Assembly: GCA_046757165.1 (NCBI GenBank)
Contig: JBHHXT010000052.1
Coordinates: 1 to 26,942, forward strand
Direction of reading: 5' to 3'
DNA from: a bacterium
GTDB taxonomy: Bacteria > Zhuqueibacterota > Zhuqueibacteria > Oceanimicrobiales > Oceanimicrobiaceae
DNA length: 26,942 nt
This document shows positions 17,265 to 26,942 of the stretch, piece by piece (position 1 is the stretch's first letter; each line of letters begins with the position of its first letter). Both the position numbers and the translations under genes were made by a program. The notes under the pieces were generated by a model. The model was given only the letters and a program-made list of their open reading frames with translations, searched no databases and had not been told where the DNA came from.

Positions 17265-18266
17265 ATGTCGGTGTCATTGAATACAATCTTAGAGCAGCTC
17301 GAGACGATTCAAGATTCGTTCGAAGCGGAGCTGAAGGCCGTCTCAGGGTCTCATGCGCTCGAGGAGATGCGGATCAAGTATCTCGGCCGCAAGGGTGCGA
17401 TCTCGCAGTATTTCAAGAAGATGGGGACGCTCCCGCCAAAGGAAAGACCCCATTTCGGCAACAGGCTGAACGAGCTCAAGACGCTATTCCAGAAGAACCT
17501 GGACACCCTCCAGCTCGAATTAGGGAGGAACGGGCGAGAGGAAGCCGTTGGTCTCGATTTGACCTTGCCGGGAAGTGCGCAGGACTTTGGCTATCGCAAT
17601 CCATTGATGTTGGTGATGGATGAGGTGAAGGCCATTTTCAAAAGCATGGGGTTCACTGTCGCAACGGGTCCGCTGATCGAGACGGAGTATTATAATTTCG
17701 AAGCGCTCAACGTGCCTGAGGACCATCCTGCGAAAGATTTGCAGGATACATTCTACCTGCAAAGTGGCCTTTTGCTGAGAACCCATACCTCGCCGGTGCA
17801 AATCCGGACGATGGAAAAGCAAAAGCCGCCGATCCGCATCATCGCGCCCGGGCGCTGTTTTCGCAAAGACTCGCCCGACGCGACCCATTCGCCTGAGTTT
17901 CATCAGGTGGAGGGACTGGTGGTCGGCGAAGGAATTTCATTGGCGCACCTCAAAGGCACGCTCATCGCTTTTGCACGCCGGCTTTTCGGAGAGAAGACAG
18001 AAGTGCGATTTCGTCCCAGCTTCTTTCCGTTCACCGAGCCAAGCGCCGAGATGGACATCTATTTCGATGACCGTCTGGGCTGGTTAGAGATTCTGGGCTC
18101 CGGCATGGTGGACCCGAATGTCTTCGAAGGTGTCGGGATCGATTCTGAGAAGTACACGGGCTGGGCGTTTGGGATGGGCATCGAGCGGATCGCCATGCTC
18201 AAGTATCAGGTCGATGACATCCGTCACTTCTATGATAATGATATCCGTTTCCTCAAACAGTTCTAG
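17265..18266 (+). CDS. pheS: Phenylalanine--tRNA ligase alpha subunit
   Basis: NFEALN, LLRTHTSPVQ, FHQVEGL, FPFTEPS, AFGMGIER. Confidence 0.99.
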   Translation: MSVSLNTILEQLETIQDSFEAELKAVSGSHALEEMRIKYLGRKGAISQYFKKMGTLPPKERPHFGNRLNELKTLFQKNLDTLQLELGRNGREEAVGLDLTLPGSAQDFGYRNPLMLVMDEVKAIFKSMGFTVATGPLIETEYYNFEALNVPEDHPAKDLQDTFYLQSGLLLRTHTSPVQIRTMEKQKPPIRIIAPGRCFRKDSPDATHSPEFHQVEGLVVGEGISLAHLKGTLIAFARRLFGEKTEVRFRPSFFPFTEPSAEMDIYFDDRLGWLEILGSGMVDPNVFEGVGIDSEKYTGWAFGMGIERIAMLKYQVDDIRHFYDNDIRFLKQF

Positions 18267-18304
18267 GGGCGGACACCTCTAATTTCGTATCGCTATCTCG
18301 CACC

Positions 18305-20686
18305 ATGAAAGTTACGTACAACTGGTTAAAAGAGTATGCCGATTTTGACGCCAGTCCACAGAAATTGGTCGAAGAGCTGACCATGCTGGGGCTGGAGGTG
18401 GATGAACTGTTTGAAGACAGGAAAGAGCTGCAGGGGGTCGTCGTCGGAGAGGTTGTCAAAAAAGAGCGCCACCAGAACGCCGACAAGCTTTCCGTTTGTG
18501 AGGTCGACATTGGGGCGCAGAGACTGACCATCGTCTGTGGCGCCCCCAACGTTGCACCTGGACAGAAGGTTCCTGTCGCCACACCGGGAACAAAGCTTGC
18601 AGGCGGCATGAAGATCAAAGCCACCACCATTCGTGGCGTGGATTCACACGGAATGATTTGTTCTGAAGCAGAATTAGGGTTGACCGCCCGTCGCGATGGC
18701 ATCATGGTACTGGACAGCGCCCTCGAGGTCGGCAGGCCGGTGCAGGATTTGATTAACAGCCATGACCATATCATTGACATCGATGTCACGCCGAACCGGC
18801 CTGATTGTTTTGGCGCCATTGGCATCGCGCGGGATGTGGCTGCGGGTGTCGGCTCACCGTTACGCAAGCCAGAAGTTCAGCTTTCTGAACACGGACGGCC
18901 TATTTCCGAGTTCATGACGATCAACATTCTCGACCCGCAAAAATGTCCGCGCTATACGGCACGCTTTATCGGAGATGTAAAAATCAAGCCTTCACCCTTG
19001 TGGCTGAGCCAGAGGCTGGAGCAGATTGGGATTCGTTCGATCAACAATGTGGTGGATGTGACCAACTATGTGATGATGGAAACCGGCCAGCCCTTGCATG
19101 CATTTGACTACGATCTCCTGGCAGGGCATGAGATCAACGTCAAGTGCGCACAGGATGGGCAGCAGTTCACTACCCTGGATGGCAAGACGCACGTGCTCCA
19201 TTCCGAGTGTTTACTCATCTGCGACCGGGACAACCCGGTCGCCATCGGCGGCATCATGGGCGGGCTAAACTCAGAAGTGTCGGCAAACACGGCGAATATC
19301 CTGCTGGAAAGCGCTTACTTTAGTCCGACGAACATCAGGCGCTCCTGCAAGCGACTCGGTGTCAGCACTGAGTCCTCCAAACGTTTCGAGCGCGGCGTGG
19401 ACCCGAGCGGTGCAGTTTACGCCCTCGACCGCGCGACACAACTCATCGCGGAGCTTACGGGGGGAACGATCGCCCCCGGCTTGGTGGATGAATATCCGCG
19501 CAAGATTGCGCCCCTGCTGCTCACTTTGCGTCCGAGACGGGTTCACTCTCTCCTGGGTGTGGAGATTCCTGTGGACCAGATCAAAGCCATCTTGAGCGGA
19601 CTTGATTTCAGGGTGTCCGGTGACGGAGACAGACTCTCAGTTGAAGTGCCTACGTTCAGACCTGACGTCACGCGTGAAGCAGACTTGATCGAGGAGGTCG
19701 GCCGAATTTTCGGTTACAACAACATCCCGACGGACTCATCGGCACTCATCGAGCAATCCGGGACGCAGGACTTGACGGAGACTTTCACCGACAACGCCTG
19801 GAGCTCGTTGGTGGCGTTGGGCTTTTCAGAAGTCGTGACGTTCAATTTGATGAACGAGTCACAGGCGCGACCCTTTCTTAGCGAGGGTGGCACTCTTATG
19901 CGGCTGATAAATCCGCTGAGCGAAGACCTGGCCACCTTGAGACCCAGCCTGGTTCCTCAGCTCTTGAACACGCTGCGCTGGAACCTCAATCGACATAGCA
20001 AGGACCTGAAGTTCTTCGAAATAGGCTCGGCCTTCACGTCCGCGGGTAAAGAGGCGCGGGAGCACACACACCTGACGGGAGTGCTGACTGGAAAATTGGC
20101 AGCGGATACGTGGAAATTCAAGGCGGCCGAAGTTGATTTTTATTATCTGAAGGGAACAGTTGAGCACTTTCTGAGGCGCAACAAGATAGCAAACTGGACC
20201 TTTCAGCCAGGTGTCACTTTGTTTGCCTGTCAGGATTCATTGGCAGTCGTGGCCGCGGACGTGGAGCTTGGGCATCTGGGTGAAATCCGTCCGGAGATTC
20301 TCACCGCTTTCGAGATAGAGCAACGCGTTTTCTTTTTTCATTTCGATTTCGAGCGCCTGTTCAATGCCGTTTCGTGGCACACGACCTTCGAACCGATCCC
20401 AAAGTTTCCTCCCATCAACCGCGATCTCGCCATTGTTATTGATGATGGAATCGAGTCCGGGAGCATCATCCGGGCCGTGAAGGCAGCAGGGGGAAATCTG
20501 CTGAAGAACGTGAGGGTGTTCGATGTGTTTAGAGGCGAGCAAATCGGCCGGGGCCGCAAGAGTCTTGCCTTAAGCCTGACCTTTTGTTCGCTCGAACGCA
20601 CGCTGAGAGAGCAAGATGTGGACCAGAGAATCGAGAAGATCTTGCGCTCACTAGCATCAAAATATTCTGCGCAGCTCAGGAATTAG
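18305..20686 (+). CDS. pheT: Phenylalanine--tRNA ligase beta subunit
   Basis: IVCGAPN, TPNRPDC, NNVVDVTNY, RFERGVD, DLIEEV, and an FDX-ACB C-terminus. Confidence 0.99.
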   Translation: MKVTYNWLKEYADFDASPQKLVEELTMLGLEVDELFEDRKELQGVVVGEVVKKERHQNADKLSVCEVDIGAQRLTIVCGAPNVAPGQKVPVATPGTKLAGGMKIKATTIRGVDSHGMICSEAELGLTARRDGIMVLDSALEVGRPVQDLINSHDHIIDIDVTPNRPDCFGAIGIARDVAAGVGSPLRKPEVQLSEHGRPISEFMTINILDPQKCPRYTARFIGDVKIKPSPLWLSQRLEQIGIRSINNVVDVTNYVMMETGQPLHAFDYDLLAGHEINVKCAQDGQQFTTLDGKTHVLHSECLLICDRDNPVAIGGIMGGLNSEVSANTANILLESAYFSPTNIRRSCKRLGVSTESSKRFERGVDPSGAVYALDRATQLIAELTGGTIAPGLVDEYPRKIAPLLLTLRPRRVHSLLGVEIPVDQIKAILSGLDFRVSGDGDRLSVEVPTFRPDVTREADLIEEVGRIFGYNNIPTDSSALIEQSGTQDLTETFTDNAWSSLVALGFSEVVTFNLMNESQARPFLSEGGTLMRLINPLSEDLATLRPSLVPQLLNTLRWNLNRHSKDLKFFEIGSAFTSAGKEAREHTHLTGVLTGKLAADTWKFKAAEVDFYYLKGTVEHFLRRNKIANWTFQPGVTLFACQDSLAVVAADVELGHLGEIRPEILTAFEIEQRVFFFHFDFERLFNAVSWHTTFEPIPKFPPINRDLAIVIDDGIESGSIIRAVKAAGGNLLKNVRVFDVFRGEQIGRGRKSLALSLTFCSLERTLREQDVDQRIEKILRSLASKYSAQLRN

Positions 20687-20706
20687 ACCGTATTGGGAGG
20701 CTCTTG

Positions 20707-20985
20707 ATGGACTTGCAGCAACTGGAAATCCTTGAGGAAAAAGTTGGTCAGGCAGTTCAGTTTATTGAAAGACTCAAGCGTGAGAACCAGGCTCTGCAGA
20801 AGGAAATCGATGAGCTCAGAAGTGAATCTCAGTCAAATGAGCAACTCATCAAACAACTGAAGGAGGAGAACCACAATCTTAAATTAGTGCAAAATGAGTC
20901 TTCTTTAGGGAAAGAGAAGGAAGAACAGATCAAGAGTAAAGTTGAACAAATGCTAAGCAAGCTCGAGGAGCTTCAATACTTATAA
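20707..20985 (+). CDS. Coiled-coil cell division protein, ZapB-like
   Basis: 92-aa heptad-rich protein (LEEKV.QAV..I..LK.EN) directly upstream of zapA. GGGAGG RBS. Confidence 0.75.
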   Translation: MDLQQLEILEEKVGQAVQFIERLKRENQALQKEIDELRSESQSNEQLIKQLKEENHNLKLVQNESSLGKEKEEQIKSKVEQMLSKLEELQYL

Positions 20986-21060
20986 ACTTCACCGCTTCCG
21001 TTTGGGCGTTAATTGAAGACAGGTTCCCAATAATTTCTTGGAAGAAACAAATAGAGTGTA

Positions 21061-21369
21061 ATGAATGAGGAAAGTGGAGTTTTGAAAATCAACATATATG
21101 GCACGGAGTATCCCATAAGAAGTGATCCAGACACAGAAACGGACTATATCATCAAAGTTGCTGAATATGTTGACAAGAAGATGCGCGAAATAGACCAGGG
21201 CATCCAGGCAAAGTCATCACTCAAGGTCGCAATATTGGCTGCGCTAAACATAACTGATGAGCTCTTTCAAGAAAGAGTCAAAGATAAGACCGCGAGTATG
21301 ATGCAAACTCGAATTAGTCAGTTGAGTGAAAAGCTTGGCCAGGCTCTTGATCGCACGGGTCTCGATTGA
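21061..21369 (+). CDS. zapA: Cell division protein ZapA
   Basis: INIYG.EY...VAEYVDKKM...VAILAALNI.DEL. Synteny with pheT and rny. Confidence 0.93.
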   Translation: MNEESGVLKINIYGTEYPIRSDPDTETDYIIKVAEYVDKKMREIDQGIQAKSSLKVAILAALNITDELFQERVKDKTASMMQTRISQLSEKLGQALDRTGLD

Positions 21370-21521
21370 TCTGTCGGCCTGGCTTTGAAGTTTATTCATT
21401 CCTTTTCTCTCCTTCTAAGACTCATAATTTGCAACAATTTCATCATCACAGCCCATACCGTGTGTTCGTGTTCAAGAATACTCATTCGGTATGCGCGCCT
21501 AATCTAATTACGGAGTCACCA

Positions 21522-23090
21522 ATGGCGGGAATTTGGATTGTCATCTTTGTTGCCACTGCCGGTGTCAGCTTCGTTTCAGGATGGTTCCTGCGCCAAAGAA
21601 TCGGCCAGATCAAACTCGCAAAAGCTGCAGAGCTGGCAGAAAAATACATCGAAGAGGCCAAGGTTGAAAGCGATAACTACAAGAAGGAAAAGGTTCTGGA
21701 GGCCAGGGAAGAAATATTCCAGTTGAAACAAAAGGTTGAAAGAGAATTAAAACAAAGGCAGGGTGAATTTCATCGGCTTGAAAAACAACTCTCCAACCGC
21801 GAACTAAACCTGGATAGAAAAGTTGACGTCTTAAACAAAAAAGAAAACAACCTGAACAAGTTAAGCCGTGACTTGAGAGTAAAACAAGACCAGCTTCGGA
21901 AAGAAGAACTCGAGCTCGACCAGCTCGTCCGGGAAGAAAACGCCAAACTGGAGCGGATTTCAGGACTAAGCACGGAAGAGGCAAAAGAGATTCAGATGCG
22001 CAACATGCTCGAGAAGGCGAAGCAAGAGAGTGCTGAGGCGATCCGTGAAATCCGCGAGGAGGCAAAGAAAGCGGCAACGCGGGAGGCGAGAGAGATCATC
22101 ATGCAAGCTCTGGAGCGAAGCGCCATCAATCATGTTGTGAACACGACTGTCTCTCTGATCAAGTTGCCCGATGACGAGATGAAAGGACGAATCATCGGTA
22201 GAGAAGGAAGGAATATCCGTGCCTTCGAAGCTGCGACCGGCGTCGAAGTCCTCATCGACGATACGCCTCAGACCGTCGTTTTATCGGGCTTCGACTCTTT
22301 TCGGCGCGAAATTGCAAAGCAGGCAATGGAAAAGCTCATCTACGACGGCCGCATTCATCCTGGCAGAATCGAGGAAGTGGTGGCCAAAACCGAGCAGGAG
22401 ATCGATGAAAAGATTTTTGAAACAGGGGAGCAGACCATTCAGGATGTTGGGTTGCATGGTATGCACCATGAGTTGATCCGCTTGCTGGGCAAACAACAGT
22501 TCAGGACAACCTACGGGCAAAACCTGTTACAACATTCTTGCGAAGTCGCCATCCTGGCTGGGGGGATGGCTTCTCTGCTCGGGTTGGATGTCATGTTGGC
22601 AAAACGCGCCGGACTGCTTCATGATATTGGCAAGGCGGCCGAAGAGTACGGTGATGCTCCTTTTTACGAAGTGGGCACGGATCTGGCGAAGAAATTTGGT
22701 GAGAATGAAATCGTTCAGGACGCTATCGCCAGCCAGGCGCCTGGAACAGATGACAGCAGTGCGGTTTCTCCCATCACGATATTGGTGAAGATTGCAGATG
22801 GTTTATCGGTGTCGCGGCCGGGTGCGCAGAAGGAGATGTTGGAAAGCTACATCAAGCGCATGAAAAGAATGGAAGAAATCTGCAAGTCGTTTTCTGGCGT
22901 CATAAACTCATACGCAATCCAGGCCGGACGAGAACTGCGCGTTCTGGCAGAGCATACCCTGATTGACGACAACAAAGCGCAAATACTGGCAGACAACATT
23001 GTTCAACGGCTGAAAAGTGAGATGCAATTTCCCGGACAAATTAGAGTGACGGTCATACGGGAATATCGTTCGATCGACTATGCGAAGTAG
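21522..23090 (+). CDS. rny: Ribonuclease Y homolog with a divergent HD domain
   Basis: N-terminal TM, coiled coil, KH domain MKGRIIGREGRNIR, GLLHDIGK, AIQAGRE, FPGQI.VTVIRE. ATG 21522 follows GGAG. Confidence 0.92.
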   Translation: MAGIWIVIFVATAGVSFVSGWFLRQRIGQIKLAKAAELAEKYIEEAKVESDNYKKEKVLEAREEIFQLKQKVERELKQRQGEFHRLEKQLSNRELNLDRKVDVLNKKENNLNKLSRDLRVKQDQLRKEELELDQLVREENAKLERISGLSTEEAKEIQMRNMLEKAKQESAEAIREIREEAKKAATREAREIIMQALERSAINHVVNTTVSLIKLPDDEMKGRIIGREGRNIRAFEAATGVEVLIDDTPQTVVLSGFDSFRREIAKQAMEKLIYDGRIHPGRIEEVVAKTEQEIDEKIFETGEQTIQDVGLHGMHHELIRLLGKQQFRTTYGQNLLQHSCEVAILAGGMASLLGLDVMLAKRAGLLHDIGKAAEEYGDAPFYEVGTDLAKKFGENEIVQDAIASQAPGTDDSSAVSPITILVKIADGLSVSRPGAQKEMLESYIKRMKRMEEICKSFSGVINSYAIQAGRELRVLAEHTLIDDNKAQILADNIVQRLKSEMQFPGQIRVTVIREYRSIDYAK

Positions 23091-23139
23091 CCCGATGTGT
23101 GATGACCTTATTCTTGATTTCTAAAAAGAGGGTGCAACC

Positions 23140-23931
23140 TTGAGCGAGAAAGATCTTAAAGTGCTGTTTATCGCCGATATCGTCGGCAAGCCTGGTTTAG
23201 AGATTACGACCAAGCTCCTGCCCGGCCTGAAGGAAAAACACCGCATCGACTTTTGTATCGCGAACGGCGAAAATGGCTGTGAGGGAAAGGGATTGACGGC
23301 GAAGCTTGCCCGAACGTATTTCAACCTGGGGATTGACGTTATTACCAGCGGCAATCACATCTGGGACAACCGGGACATCTATGAGATGCTCAAGTCCGAC
23401 CAGCGCATCATCCGGCCGTCCAATTATCCCGAGGGCAACTTTGGCAAAGGCGCGACCGTCATCGAGTTGTCCACCGGCTTTAAGATTGGTGTGCTGAATC
23501 TGCAGGGCAGGACGTTTATGTTTCCCATTGAATGTCCGTTCAGGCAGGGCGTCGACGAGGTCAGGAAATTGCAGAAGCAAACCAACGTCATCATTGTGGA
23601 TTTTCATGCAGAGGCTTCGGCAGAGAAAGTTGCTCTGGGCTGGTATCTGGACGGCAAGGTGAGCGCGGTGGTGGGAACCCACACTCACATTCCCACCGCG
23701 GACGAAAGAATCTTGCCAGAAGGGACCGCTTACATAACCGATGCTGGTATGACCGGCCCCTTTGATTCCGTGATCGGGCTCAAGAAGGAGCTGGCGATAA
23801 AGCGGTTCTTGTACCAAACCCCGGTGCGCTATAAGCCCGCTGAAGAGAACCTCAGGTTTTGTGGTGTGGTGATCACGATTGACCGCGAAACTGGCAAGGC
23901 GAATCACATAGAGAGATTGTTCTTACCCTGA
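23140..23931 (+). CDS. ymdB: YmdB/TIGR00282 family metallophosphoesterase
   Basis: DIVG.PG, NGEN, GNH.WD, DFHAEA..EK, GTHTH.PTAD, GMTGP. Follows rny. TTG start. Confidence 0.95.
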   Translation: MSEKDLKVLFIADIVGKPGLEITTKLLPGLKEKHRIDFCIANGENGCEGKGLTAKLARTYFNLGIDVITSGNHIWDNRDIYEMLKSDQRIIRPSNYPEGNFGKGATVIELSTGFKIGVLNLQGRTFMFPIECPFRQGVDEVRKLQKQTNVIIVDFHAEASAEKVALGWYLDGKVSAVVGTHTHIPTADERILPEGTAYITDAGMTGPFDSVIGLKKELAIKRFLYQTPVRYKPAEENLRFCGVVITIDRETGKANHIERLFLP

Positions 23932-23933
23932 AC

Positions 23934-24863
<930 letters not shown>

Positions 24864-24892
24864 CTACCTTAAATTCTTTATTTACAAAAGAC

Positions 24893-24922
24893 AAGCTCTC
24901 TTGCCAGGGAGCTTTTTCTTTT
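24893..24922 (+). terminator. Intrinsic terminator after tRNA-Arg
   Basis: AAGCTCTC-TTGCCA-GGGAGCTT stem followed by a T-rich tract. Confidence 0.7.
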
Positions 24923-25143
24923 GGTTGTAGTTATTCCCCTTTTCTTGACCACCGCATTCCGGCGCGGCCCAGTCTTGCTCTAAGTCTCAAGAAGCAACAA
25001 TGGTCTCTTTGGCCAGTTTGACGGCCATGACCGGATCGTGCTGGGGATGGAATGGGGGTTTTGATAACTCAAAGCGGCTGTTTCTGTTTTGGCACATCTG
25101 TTGTCTAAAACCATTCTCTCTCGATGAGTAAGTATTCTTCTGC

Positions 25144-26085
25144 CTATGACCGGGATTCGTTTTGCATGACCCGGTGTCTTGATCTGTACTGCCCCGGCGA
25201 AATCCCTCTCATTCTCCTGAAAGCCTTGCCAAAAGAGGCTTCGGTTTCGTATCCGATTTCCTGGGCGATTGCCCAAATTACATGCTCCGATTCGCGAAGC
25301 ATTCGAGCTGCGATGTCCATGCGCCAGCGTGTGAGGTAGGAAAGCGGCGGCTCTCCCACCAACTGTGTGAATCTTTTTGCAAACATCGCCCGCGAAACGA
25401 GCACCTGTTTAGCAAGCGTTTCCACTGTCCAATGTCTTTCGGGCTCTTTGTGCATCAAAGAGAGCGCTTGACCGACCTGTGGATCTTTCAAGGCGGTGAG
25501 CCACCCTGCGTGCAGTTCCGGTTCCCGGGCTAACCAGGCCCGCAAAATGCAGACAAAAAGGATATCCACTAACCGTGATGCCACTGTATCCGCACCAACC
25601 TGTCTATTAGAGATCTCACAATTTATTAATCTGAGAACAGATTGCAGCGATTCCGTCCCCTCAGTCTGAGCGGCCGGGATATGAATGATATCAGGTAAGA
25701 GTGACAGGAGTGGATGTTTTCCCTCATGCTCAAAATAGTACCCCCCGCAAATCAACGCTGTTGAATTACTTTCGGAGTGACTTGGCCTCATATTCTGTAG
25801 ACTACAAGCCTGGCTGGCAAGCGCTTCTGACAATGGCAAAGGTGATGTATTGGCGCTATCCGAGAGAATATGTCCGCCGCCAAACGGCACGAGCGCCACG
25901 TCTCCTTGAAATAACTGCATCGGAGGTGCTTGCTCATTCAGGCGAAGCCAGCACGCGCCGCGGCTGACAAAATGAAAGTGGGTTCGAGGCTCCGGGTCAA
26001 ATCTTAGCCCCCAGGGGACTTCAAATCCAGCTCCACATAATATCGTGTTACCAATACGCGTGGCGGAAAGAACGTCGGCGAGAAC
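25144..26085 (-). CDS. AraC family transcriptional regulator with N-terminal cupin (start codon apparently damaged)
   Basis: In-frame VLADVL...PWGL...FHFVSRG.CW upstream of ATG 25920, LICG, C-terminal double HTH (WTVETLA, SRAMFAKRF, GYETEASFGKAFRR..G.SPG.YR). Confidence 0.85.
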   Translation of the reverse strand, partial: VLADVLSATRIGNTILCGAGFEVPWGLRFDPEPRTHFHFVSRGACWLRLNEQAPPMQLFQGDVALVPFGGGHILSDSANTSPLPLSEALASQACSLQNMRPSHSESNSTALICGGYYFEHEGKHPLLSLLPDIIHIPAAQTEGTESLQSVLRLINCEISNRQVGADTVASRLVDILFVCILRAWLAREPELHAGWLTALKDPQVGQALSLMHKEPERHWTVETLAKQVLVSRAMFAKRFTQLVGEPPLSYLTRWRMDIAARMLRESEHVIWAIAQEIGYETEASFGKAFRRMRGISPGQYRSRHRVMQNESRS

Positions 26086-26388
26086 CCAAAATGGGGATTA
26101 TCGGCAAGTTCATGCTCCCGGTGATGAAAAAGAAATTCGCACCCATGTTGCAGGGTTTGCTGAAGGGGAATGCTGAGTTTGTCACTCGAGGTCAATTGGC
26201 AAACGCTGGGTAAGGGGCTGCAATAGCACACGGCGATCATGAGAAAGGGACGAAGGGCGCTATTTCGCTTGAAACAAGGAGGTGATAAGAGATGCATGAT
26301 ACACGATAAAAAACAACGTAAAGATGTTTGTTGTACTAACAACTGAAAGCTCGAAAACAAAACTTGAAATTGACTTTTGGAGACAAAA

Positions 26389-26942
26389 ATGTACAAATTC
26401 AAATCGAAAAATCGAATTCGCAAAGCTGCTATGCTTATTGCAGTTGTCAGTATTGGAGTAGGTCTCATTTTCACAAGCGGTTGGAGTAATGACAAAAGCA
26501 ACAAAAACGAGTGCGCTAACCACGACAACTTAGGGTATCGAACGCACACGATCACTTTTAAGAAAGGGAAGGTCTATGAAATTGCCTTTGCCTCGATCAA
26601 GGAAGGCAAAGAGAGGCAATTCAATGAACAGTACTTTCCCCAAGTAATGCCTCTCGTTGCCGAGTATGGCGCGGCTGCATTGGGCATGTTCAGTGTAACA
26701 AAAAAAGTCGAGGGTCAAATTGCGCCACAGATTATTGGGATTTTTGAATGGCCTAGCCTGGCGGTCAAAAATAAATTCCATAAGGACCCCCGGTTTCTAA
26801 GAATTTCTCCGCTGCGGGATGAAGCGCTCAGCTTTTTTGAAACATCTTACTATGAAGTCGGAGAAGATGTGGCTGTCGCTTTTAAGGAGAACAAGACATA
26901 TGAATTTTTTGGCGCCTGGCTTACCCCCGAAGCGGAGACAGC
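26389..26942 (+). CDS. Exported DUF1330-like (dimeric alpha/beta barrel) protein, runs off the window end
   Basis: Open frame read by hand from ATG 26389 (GGAG RBS) to the end of the window. Signal-like N-terminus. YFPQV.P.V.EYG...IFEWPS....KF..DPRF motif, with the start of a second repeat. Confidence 0.65.
   Translation, partial: MYKFKSKNRIRKAAMLIAVVSIGVGLIFTSGWSNDKSNKNECANHDNLGYRTHTITFKKGKVYEIAFASIKEGKERQFNEQYFPQVMPLVAEYGAAALGMFSVTKKVEGQIAPQIIGIFEWPSLAVKNKFHKDPRFLRISPLRDEALSFFETSYYEVGEDVAVAFKENKTYEFFGAWLTPEAET

Noticed and set aside
20584..20706. Longer start for the ZapB-like ORF
   Set aside because: It overlaps pheT. The RBS supports ATG 20707.
21366..21521. 52-aa N-terminal extension of RNase Y in the ORF track
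   Set aside because: ATG 21522 has an RBS and directly precedes the TM anchor. The extension is just an open intergenic frame.
26004..26781. Minus-strand ORFs 26004-26555, 26260-26523 and 26530-26781
   Set aside because: They are antisense to the plus-strand gene at 26389, which the track omits because its stop is outside the window.

Overview
Bacterial chromosomal window. The ...NYPNPFNP/FlgD-Ig C-terminal sorting domains and the gene order suggest the FCB superphylum (KSB1/Calditrichota-like); this is inference. The left half (1-13.9 kb) mixes housekeeping and accessory genes: parvulin PPIase lipoprotein, PQQ-type beta-propeller, M28 peptidase plus ABC exporter, yajQ, class V aminotransferase, HAD hydrolase, a secreted CTD protein, a toxin-first RelE/Phd pair and two internally deleted pseudogenes, with small repeats packed into the intergenic spaces. 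The right half is a conserved core block: tRNA-Val, thrS, infC (ATC start), rpmI, rplT, pheS, pheT, zapB-like, zapA, rny-like, ymdB-like, folD, tRNA-Arg, then an AraC gene with a damaged start and a truncated DUF1330-like gene. The most notable observations are: (1) two 133-bp elements of different sequence sharing one architecture (IS-like TIRs, converging REP hairpins, central IHF-like site), one inserted into another REP-like hairpin with a 4-bp duplication; (2) a terminator/antiterminator leader upstream of tRNA-Val-thrS that does not look like a T-box; (3) tRNA-Arg(CCG) overlapping the folD stop codon; (4) an RNase Y lacking three conserved HD-domain histidines.
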